DNA of 64,000 bases from a virus. A program made the position numbers and the translations under genes. Numbering within the stretch: position 1 is the stretch's first letter; every line of letters begins with the position of its first letter. The stretch lies in the IMG/VR virus record IMGVR_UViG_3300042891_000377, positions 40,172-104,171 of that record. The stretch is one strand, 5' to 3'. Shown here piece after piece: positions 57,662 through 64,000 of the stretch. The notes beneath the pieces are model-generated. The model ran no database searches. It had not been told where the DNA came from and saw nothing but the letters and a program-made list of their open reading frames with translations.

Positions 57662-57937
57662 ATGATACTGACTAAAGAAGAACTGTTAGAAACATTAAGA
57701 TATAAAGAATGTGAAATAACTTTTACCAAAGTAAATGGTGAAGTGCGTACTATGCCCTGTACCCTTAGAGCAGATATTGTGCCTGCGTACGAGCGTAAAA
57801 CACCGGTTAAAGAAGCCACAGATAAGGAAAAGGCTACTATAAGCGTGTGGTGTACAGATAAAGGTGCGTGGCGTAGTTTCCGTGTGGATAGTGTTACTGA
57901 TATCAAAATTAAATACGAATTACATGATTTTAACTAA
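57662..57937 (+). CDS. WYL-like/SH3-fold phage protein
   Basis: ITFTKVNGEVRTMPCTL...WRSFRVDSV. Confidence 0.7.
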   Translation: MILTKEELLETLRYKECEITFTKVNGEVRTMPCTLRADIVPAYERKTPVKEATDKEKATISVWCTDKGAWRSFRVDSVTDIKIKYELHDFN

Positions 57938-57943
57938 AAGTGG

Positions 57944-57972
57944 TTGACAAAATCATTAACTGAGTATATAAT
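57944..57972 (+). promoter_or_regulatory. Sigma70-type promoter
   Basis: TTGACA-17-TATAAT. Confidence 0.8.
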
Positions 57973-58032
57973 ATACACATGCTTAGAAATTAAGCAATAT
58001 ATATTTTTTTAATCTTTATAAGGAAATAACTA

Positions 58033-58281
58033 ATGGCAAATTTAGCTAAAGTAACAAATCAAGTAGCATTCTTAGAAAAATACCTACGTGGTACAGGTAA
58101 AACTTTAACTGCGGCTCAAGCAGCAGCTAACTACGGTATCAAAAACTTACCAGCTCGTATGTCAGAGTTCCGTAAATGTGGTTTAGTAGTTAAAACAGAA
58201 GTAAACACCACAGGCAAAACTGCTTACGCTGTTACTGCTCGTGATGTTAATGGTTCACGTGCTCGTGCATTCATTGCTTAA
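58033..58281 (+). CDS. Small winged-HTH DNA-binding protein
   Basis: LTAAQAAANYGIKNLPARMSEFRKCG; own promoter and terminator. Confidence 0.65.
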   Translation: MANLAKVTNQVAFLEKYLRGTGKTLTAAQAAANYGIKNLPARMSEFRKCGLVVKTEVNTTGKTAYAVTARDVNGSRARAFIA

Positions 58282-58304
58282 TTAGCAGTAAGTCTACAGA
58301 CCCA

Positions 58305-58331
58305 CAAAAAAGCCGCTTAACGCGGCTTTTT
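58305..58331. terminator. Bidirectional terminator
   Basis: AAAAAAGCCGC-ttaac-GCGGCTTTTTT. Confidence 0.8.
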
Positions 58332-58334
58332 TAT

Positions 58335-58733
58335 TTAAGATGACGAATACGGTGTCCACCAATCATCAAAGTTTTCAGGGTCTACCATAGATATAACTTC
58401 AGTTAATGATTTACTAGTATCATTAATAGATACTTCGTATATAATATTATTATTTTGACAATATTCTACTACGCTAGGATCTGAACATACTGATACTACA
58501 TTCACTGGATTGTTACTTAAATACGAATCTAATGTTTCTCGATTTTCAAAATAACAAATAATTACTTTTGGATTTGCTGTCTCGCCTTTATCAGCAATTT
58601 GTATTAACCCACCGTCTGATATACTTTTGATAAGGTCAATTGCAAGCACAGTAGCACTAACATAGTCACTATGTGTTTCCCATTCAAGTACTTCAACTGG
58701 TCTAGTTGATTTGTAGTAGATATATGCTGCCAT
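58335..58733 (-). CDS. Hypothetical protein
   Basis: AGGA RBS; TAAATA on minus strand at 58755-58760. Confidence 0.6.
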   Translation of the reverse strand: MAAYIYYKSTRPVEVLEWETHSDYVSATVLAIDLIKSISDGGLIQIADKGETANPKVIICYFENRETLDSYLSNNPVNVVSVCSDPSVVEYCQNNNIIYEVSINDTSKSLTEVISMVDPENFDDWWTPYSSS

Positions 58734-58768
58734 ATTAAAAATTCCTATTTTAATTATTTATCTTTTGC

Positions 58769-58797
58769 TTGACTTTTGATTAAATTCATAGTATAAT
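58769..58797 (+). promoter_or_regulatory. Sigma70-type promoter
   Basis: TTGACT-17-TATAAT. Confidence 0.75.
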
Positions 58798-58828
58798 ACA
58801 CTTGTTTTAAACATTAGAGAAAGCGTAT

Positions 58829-59398
58829 ATGATTAAACGTGGCCTAATTTACTTTATTATTGCAGGTGTACTGTACATATTATTTGTGCAGGATCAGCGC
58901 ATGGATGAAATGGAAGAACATGTATTTGAAATACATGATGATGTTGAAATAATTAAAGAAGCAGTACTCGAACGTAGTGCAGGACGAGTCAAATATACAC
59001 CACGAGAGTTTGAATGTTTGGTTCGTAATATATACTATGAAGCCGGTGTTGAAAGTGACCTAGGCAAGTATGCAGTTGCGCAGGTAACACTCAATCGTAA
59101 GAAGTCGGGTTATTGGGGCAAGAATATATGCAACGTTGTATATTCAAAAGCACAGTTTTCGTGGACTAAAGTTAAAGAACGTGCTTGGTCCAAACCCAAA
59201 GATGCAACTTGGACTCGCAGTAGAGAAATCGCTAGTCAAGTATTAAACAATGGAGTTAGAGTTACGCCATTGAAGAAAGCCTTATTCTACCACGCAGACT
59301 ATGTTAGACCAGACTGGCGTGACAGAGATAAAAGAGTAGCAAAGATAGGGCAACACATTTTTTATACACAGGCAAAAGGAAATTCAATTAAACTATGA
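58829..59398 (+). CDS. Cell wall hydrolase (SleB/Hydrolase_2)
   Basis: CLVRNIYYEA, AVAQVTLNR, QFSW, FYHADYV.P.W, IGQHIFY. Confidence 0.9.
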   Translation: MIKRGLIYFIIAGVLYILFVQDQRMDEMEEHVFEIHDDVEIIKEAVLERSAGRVKYTPREFECLVRNIYYEAGVESDLGKYAVAQVTLNRKKSGYWGKNICNVVYSKAQFSWTKVKERAWSKPKDATWTRSREIASQVLNNGVRVTPLKKALFYHADYVRPDWRDRDKRVAKIGQHIFYTQAKGNSIKL

Positions 59399-59832
59399 AA
59401 TACTTCAGTTACGGAATGAATACTAATCTAGCACAAATGGCTCGTCGTTGCCCGCAGGCAGTGAGTTTAGGTGCCGCTGTATTACCAGGGTTTCGCTTTG
59501 AATTTAAATCTTTTGCTACTGTGGTAGCTGATTATACCTGTGATACGGTTGGTGTAGTTTGGGAAATATCAGATGACTGCGAAGATGCCTTAGATATATT
59601 AGAAGGGTTTCCAGTATATTATACCAAACAAATAGTCACAGTGTTAATTGATGGCACGCCCCATACTGCAATGACATACCTAATGTATCCAGATGAGCAA
59701 CTTAGCCTACCAAGTAACAGTTATTATAACATGGTAGCAGATGGTTATGAGGACCATGGCATTAGTTTGGTCCAACTCGAAGATGCTGTTGACCGTGTTC
59801 ACGAGATGTATGGTGCGGCATACTGTAGTTGA
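59395..59832 (+). CDS. Gamma-glutamylcyclotransferase family protein
   Basis: YFSYGMN, GVVWEI, LDILEGFP..Y. Confidence 0.85.
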   Translation: MKYFSYGMNTNLAQMARRCPQAVSLGAAVLPGFRFEFKSFATVVADYTCDTVGVVWEISDDCEDALDILEGFPVYYTKQIVTVLIDGTPHTAMTYLMYPDEQLSLPSNSYYNMVADGYEDHGISLVQLEDAVDRVHEMYGAAYCS

Positions 59833-59857
59833 CAGCAGAGGCTTTTTAGTGTATAAT
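59829..59857 (+). promoter_or_regulatory. Sigma70-type promoter
   Basis: TTGACA-17-TATAAT. Confidence 0.75.
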
Positions 59858-59889
59858 GTAATACATATACTAGCGCAATAGGAAATAAA

Positions 59890-60054
59890 ATGATTGATAA
59901 CACAAAATTTATTGGTATGAAGTCGGTTGATGTGTTTAATTTATTACCCGAATATACTCCACTTGCAAAAGAATACTTAGTTAACAACTTCACAATTGAA
60001 TCACTAACAGAACGTGCTATCTTAGATCAACAAGCACACATTCATTTCGAATAA
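59890..60054 (+). CDS. Small hypothetical protein, 54 aa (not in ORF track)
   Basis: AGGA RBS after promoter; MIDNTKFIGMKSVDVFNLLPEY... Confidence 0.55.
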   Translation: MIDNTKFIGMKSVDVFNLLPEYTPLAKEYLVNNFTIESLTERAILDQQAHIHFE

Positions 60055-60065
60055 GGAGCACGACT

Positions 60066-60770
60066 ATGGCAACTGAGCAAGAAAAAGAAGAGTTATTGCA
60101 GACACTTAAATTTACTCCACGTACCTATCGTGTGGAAATTTGGGGCCGTGGGGGTGAAATTTACTGGGGTAAAGTCGACCGTAAGATCTACGATTTCTTT
60201 AAAGATAAAGAGATTGATATCGAACAGTATGCTGGTAGTTGGGAAGAACGTATGTGGGATGATGTCCCATTTGATATGCGCCCATTTGACCCAGGCAGTC
60301 CATACGAATGTGATGATGTACATACCAGTGGTGCTACATTTGATGACTCTAGTACCATTGTAGTCTATGATGAAACTGGTACTGAAATTTGGACTAGTCC
60401 ATTAGGTGGGGTATTAAGTGACAATGGTGCAGCATATGATTGTGTTGATGAAAAGTATATCAGTGACTATCCAGATGGTACTGTGGTATTTTATGGTGCT
60501 CAAGGTGAAAAGGGTACGTTCTTCGGCAATGATTTTGAAATTAAAGCCCCGTTTGATCCTAGCAAACTACGTGTATTTTATGAAGACATGGATGGTTGGG
60601 AAATTACCACTGGCGTGCAATACGACGGTGAAGACATCGACGGCAACGACTATGATACCAATGGCAAGTGGGGTGAGAACAAGTGGATCATTGTAGGCGG
60701 TGAACCAGTCTACCAAGGTGAAGAACGTGACGAAGATGATTATGAAGATGATTCCGAGGAGGAAAACTAA
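60066..60770 (+). CDS. Acidic hypothetical phage protein
   Basis: AAGGAG RBS; D/E-rich tail. Confidence 0.7.
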   Translation: MATEQEKEELLQTLKFTPRTYRVEIWGRGGEIYWGKVDRKIYDFFKDKEIDIEQYAGSWEERMWDDVPFDMRPFDPGSPYECDDVHTSGATFDDSSTIVVYDETGTEIWTSPLGGVLSDNGAAYDCVDEKYISDYPDGTVVFYGAQGEKGTFFGNDFEIKAPFDPSKLRVFYEDMDGWEITTGVQYDGEDIDGNDYDTNGKWGENKWIIVGGEPVYQGEERDEDDYEDDSEEEN

Positions 60771-60910
60771 TGTTATACTTGACACTAGCAGTAGTTGTAA
60801 TCGTAGCAATTGGTTGGGGATTGGTTTGTACAGTAGGCACTAACATCGGTGGCTGTTGTTCGGGCAACTGTAATCAAGGCCGTAACTGTGATTGCAAGGA
60901 TAAAATCTAG
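60770..60910 (+). CDS. Small TM protein with Cys-rich tail, 46 aa (not in ORF track)
   Basis: GAGGAGG upstream; TM then CCSGNCNQGRNCDC. Confidence 0.6.
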   Translation: MLYLTLAVVVIVAIGWGLVCTVGTNIGGCCSGNCNQGRNCDCKDKI

Positions 60911-61302
60911 TGGCAATAGTATACCCAGGTTATCATTCAACCCCTAATACAAGTAATATCACCTTAGGTAGTGGTGGCGCAGGGGCTAGTACTATTACTG
61001 TGACAGGCGCCGGCGGGGGAACTGGTAGTGTATTAATGTCTGGCGGCACAGGTACTACTTGGGCTAGCACTAGTGCTAAAACATCAATGCAGGGGCAACT
61101 AACCCTAGAAGGTGCTAATCCAGACATTATAATTGGCGATAAAAGTATGGTAACATGGATGCAGAAAGTAGAGCAACGTCTTAGCATACTTGAACCTAAA
61201 CCCGAATTGTTAGCCAAGTATGAAGCATTACAGCAGGCATTCGACCATTACAAAACACTTGAAGCATTACTGCACGGAACAGAGAACGATGCACAAGATT
61301 GA
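60910..61302 (+). CDS. Hypothetical phage protein
   Basis: G/T-rich N-terminus, VEQRLSILEP...Y. Confidence 0.65.
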   Translation: MAIVYPGYHSTPNTSNITLGSGGAGASTITVTGAGGGTGSVLMSGGTGTTWASTSAKTSMQGQLTLEGANPDIIIGDKSMVTWMQKVEQRLSILEPKPELLAKYEALQQAFDHYKTLEALLHGTENDAQD

Positions 61303-61462
61303 TATACACAATTACACCCGCACTATAAGAATGTCGAAGTGGTGTCAAAAAAACTTAAATAACAATGAGTGGGATTTAAAACTGTTATCAATGAATCCAT
61401 TACATTACAAATTTGAATTTAAAGATCCACAGATACATTTAATGGCAGTACTAGCACACTAG
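61289..61462 (+). CDS. Hypothetical phage protein
   Basis: Fills the gap in the operon; start reassigned to ATG 61289. Confidence 0.5.
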   Translation: MHKIDIHNYTRTIRMSKWCQKNLNNNEWDLKLLSMNPLHYKFEFKDPQIHLMAVLAH

Positions 61463-61469
61463 GAATAAT

Positions 61470-62297
61470 ATGAGAAATTATTGGACAATTGGGAAGTTTG
61501 CGGATTGGCTTCGCGGCACAAAAAGTATCGACAGTGGCACAGGCGAAGAATGGAATGCTTGGACAAAGTTAGCCAAAACTACCCATCCATTTCGCTATTG
61601 GTTAGTAGAAACAGCATTGAGCCGGGCGCAAGATGTTTGGTGCTATATTCCAGAACGTATTAACGATGTACGCTACTACCTAAACAATCGCTACACTACT
61701 CGAACACACGCACTTACCAGCAGACTTAAACGTGGGCAATGGCACGAGTTTGAAGAACGCTTACTACATTCATCTTTTGACAGTTTTGTTGACTTTATCG
61801 AAATTGAAACAGCATGGAGTCATGTGTGTTGGGGCAGTAAAGAAGAACGTGCAAAATATCGTATGCCATGGTGGAGAGCACAGTGGTACACTCGTTGGTT
61901 TGCAGAGTGGCGCTGTCCAGAAGCATCTATTGCGCACTTAGAGTGGGAAATGACTCTTAAGTACAACGACGAATGGACAAAGAAGAAAGATCCATTATAC
62001 GGTAAACCCACACCGCAAGCAGAAGCCGCTAAAGAAAAATGGGAATTATACTACTGGTGGAAACATGTTCGTCCACAACGTGCTGATGCCTATGATTACT
62101 GTGGTTGGAATCAATACTGTGAAGATACTAGGGCCAAAGAAGGAGAAGATTGGCTCTTTGCCGAGGGAAGTAAAAAAGATAAAAAACGTAGCAGAGCTAT
62201 CTTAGCAGCAATGGATCGTCTTGAAAAGCAGTATGACGCAGAAGATGAAGAAATGTTAATTCGTTTAGTTAAATTAAGGAAATCGCTATGGACCTAA
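61470..62297 (+). CDS. Trp-rich hypothetical phage protein
   Basis: AGGA RBS; LYYWWKHVRP...MLIRLVKLRKSLWT. Confidence 0.7.
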   Translation: MRNYWTIGKFADWLRGTKSIDSGTGEEWNAWTKLAKTTHPFRYWLVETALSRAQDVWCYIPERINDVRYYLNNRYTTRTHALTSRLKRGQWHEFEERLLHSSFDSFVDFIEIETAWSHVCWGSKEERAKYRMPWWRAQWYTRWFAEWRCPEASIAHLEWEMTLKYNDEWTKKKDPLYGKPTPQAEAAKEKWELYYWWKHVRPQRADAYDYCGWNQYCEDTRAKEGEDWLFAEGSKKDKKRSRAILAAMDRLEKQYDAEDEEMLIRLVKLRKSLWT

Positions 62298-62599
62298 TCA
62301 TAATGATATTTAATATATTATTGACAGCATACGTTACATTTTGTGTATTATTCACTACGTTCTTTGTTGTTAAATTTTATTCTAATTATAAAAAAGAAAT
62401 TGCTAAAATCAAACCTTCGAGTCAACTTGATATTTCAACAGTTAAATTAGTTAGTGTTGAAGTTGTAGCGGATCGTGTGATGATGTATGATGCTGTGACA
62501 CATGCATTTATCTGTCAAGCTGACACAGAAGAAGCACTTTGGGCCACAGCTGAAGCAATGTTTCCGGGCAAGTCATTACTGCGCTATATTAACACTTGA
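62288..62599 (+). CDS. Hypothetical protein with N-terminal TM
   Basis: Coupled ORF. Confidence 0.6.
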   Translation: MDLIIMIFNILLTAYVTFCVLFTTFFVVKFYSNYKKEIAKIKPSSQLDISTVKLVSVEVVADRVMMYDAVTHAFICQADTEEALWATAEAMFPGKSLLRYINT

Positions 62600-62624
62600 C
62601 ATCTAACTGATTTTAGTGTATAAT
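62596..62624 (+). promoter_or_regulatory. Sigma70-type promoter
   Basis: TTGACA-17-TATAAT. Confidence 0.75.
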
Positions 62625-62656
62625 ACTTGTATTGATAATTAAGAAAGGTACTAATT

Positions 62657-62854
62657 ATGAGCACACCTGTGTATATGGATATTGAACAAGCGTATAGCAT
62701 TGTACAGTGGGCAGGCGAAGCGTACGGACAGCGCAATCTTTGGGGTGCATTAGACAGCATGGAAAAGAATTGGGATGACTTGGACAAACAAGAGCGCACT
62801 GCATACAACATGATTAAGCGAGACTTAATTACAACCGCAGGTACTAACGTATGA
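62657..62854 (+). CDS. Hypothetical phage protein
   Basis: First ORF after promoter. Confidence 0.6.
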   Translation: MSTPVYMDIEQAYSIVQWAGEAYGQRNLWGALDSMEKNWDDLDKQERTAYNMIKRDLITTAGTNV

Positions 62855-63039
62855 TAGTTGGATTTGATCATGTTGGTGAAGAACATAAGTGTAATGTTTG
62901 TTCAAGCGAATTCACAGATGACGAAGGTGGAGTGTTAGGTCACTTTGGTATGTTGCCTGTTGCGTTTTGTCCGTGGTGTTTTAGTTCAATGTGTGATATG
63001 GTTGATCAATTAACCGACGATGATGATATAGAAGAATAG
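62851..63039 (+). CDS. Small zinc-finger-like protein
   Basis: CNVC...CPWC. Confidence 0.6.
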   Translation: MIVGFDHVGEEHKCNVCSSEFTDDEGGVLGHFGMLPVAFCPWCFSSMCDMVDQLTDDDDIEE

Positions 63040-63056
63040 CTAGCAAGGAAAAATAT

Positions 63057-63446
63057 ATGACAATGCACATGGTTGGTCCGTATCTTACTACCACAGGCAA
63101 ACGTAAGGGCAAGGAAAAATTCCGCACTGCAGCACATGCACAAAAGGCACGTATGAACGAAGAATCCTGGAAAGAACTACAAAAGAAATGGGGCATTGAG
63201 CAAGAAGAACGTAAGCGTAATCGTGCGCTTAAGGCACCTGCGTATAAGCCTACAGAGCCTTATCGTCGAGATACTGGTCCTAGACATGCTAGTAAGCCCG
63301 ATACAATTAGTATAGCAGTGCGTCCAGAAGATAAAGTCTACACTGGTACTGCTATGGTTGGCATTGGTCAGCTACACAAGTCAAATGCTGTGCCTGTATT
63401 CAGCAAAGAAGATGCTATCGATATTAGTAAAATGAGGCGTGGATAA
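63057..63446 (+). CDS. Basic conserved phage protein
   Basis: YTGT..GIGQLHKSNAVPVF motif. Confidence 0.7.
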   Translation: MTMHMVGPYLTTTGKRKGKEKFRTAAHAQKARMNEESWKELQKKWGIEQEERKRNRALKAPAYKPTEPYRRDTGPRHASKPDTISIAVRPEDKVYTGTAMVGIGQLHKSNAVPVFSKEDAIDISKMRRG

Positions 63447-63631
63447 TGCGTAAGTTTGTAGGCTATGTAGTAACCCGGATCTTGTACTGGTTGGGTGACC
63501 TAGTAAGTAAACCTATGCACTATATTGATCTATGGTGGTTGTATCCTGTGTACAATCGCCTAATGATCTGGAGTGCTGACGTACAAGACTGGTCTGGTGC
63601 TGATGGCCCGTGGGGTACAAAGGAACAATGA
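63446..63631 (+). CDS. Hypothetical phage protein
   Basis: Coupled ORF. Confidence 0.55.
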   Translation: MRKFVGYVVTRILYWLGDLVSKPMHYIDLWWLYPVYNRLMIWSADVQDWSGADGPWGTKEQ

Positions 63632-63861
63632 TGGGAACTGATTATACAAATTATTGGGGAAGTATGTGGGACAGCAGTTGGGAATGGTCACTAAAGTTTG
63701 CTTGGTTACCTGCTAAGATGGACAGTGGCGTAAGCGTTTGGTGGAAGCAATACTATCACGGTGTCAGATTTATTCACGTATCAGCCGCCGAAGGTCCAGT
63801 AATCTTACATCAGTATATGGCTGCTGAAGAATTTATTTGGTATCAATTAACTGCCAAATAG
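63610..63861 (+). CDS. Hypothetical phage protein
   Basis: KFAWLP...VWWKQYY; start probably 63628 or 63631. Confidence 0.55.
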   Translation: MGYKGTMMGTDYTNYWGSMWDSSWEWSLKFAWLPAKMDSGVSVWWKQYYHGVRFIHVSAAEGPVILHQYMAAEEFIWYQLTAK

Positions 63862-63894
63862 GTTAAATAGTATTATAATAAGGAAACAGCCACA

Positions 63895-64000
63895 TTGGCA
63901 AAAGAAGAAGTCTTAAAATTCAGTGGAGTAGTCGAAGAAGTACTAGGCAATTCCATGTTCAGAGTTAAATTAGAAAACAATCACACTGTAATAGCGTATA
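63895..64000 (+). CDS. infA: Translation initiation factor IF-1 (truncated by window end; not in ORF track)
   Basis: TTG start after AAGGA; [35 protein letters not shown] matches the IF-1 N-terminus. Confidence 0.88.
   Translation, partial: MAKEEVLKFSGVVEEVLGNSMFRVKLENNHTVIAY

Overview
This window is most consistent with a segment of a large, T4-like/jumbo lytic phage genome. It is AT-rich, uses the standard code, and has dense small ORFs behind repeated near-consensus sigma70 promoters, TAAATA late-type promoters, a tail-fibre cluster and an ATP-dependent DNA ligase. The host is probably a methylotrophic betaproteobacterium (Methylophilaceae-like; inference from XoxF, PqqA and porin). Main contents: (1) a host-derived island (8.4-17.1 kb) with a porin, lanthanide-type methanol dehydrogenase XoxF, an unannotated 23-aa PqqA, a class I cytochrome c, a Pho-box-preceded plcP-like/pstS/phosphate-porin operon and an ahpC with an OxyR-like box; (2) a curli-like cluster (CsgF, CsgG, curlin-repeat proteins, FecR-domain protein) that appears linked to a CHASE2 adenylate cyclase and to a stand-alone paralog of that cyclase's C-terminal region; (3) a circularly permuted two-piece tmRNA gene with an unusually long 29-codon tag, plus ClpP, GroES/GroEL, TraR/DksA and IF-1; (4) sugar, lipid and small-molecule tailoring enzymes (desaturases, nucleotide-sugar dehydrogenase, amidinotransferase, oxygenases, radical SAM, halogenase). 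All calls come from reading motifs by eye; no database searches were run.
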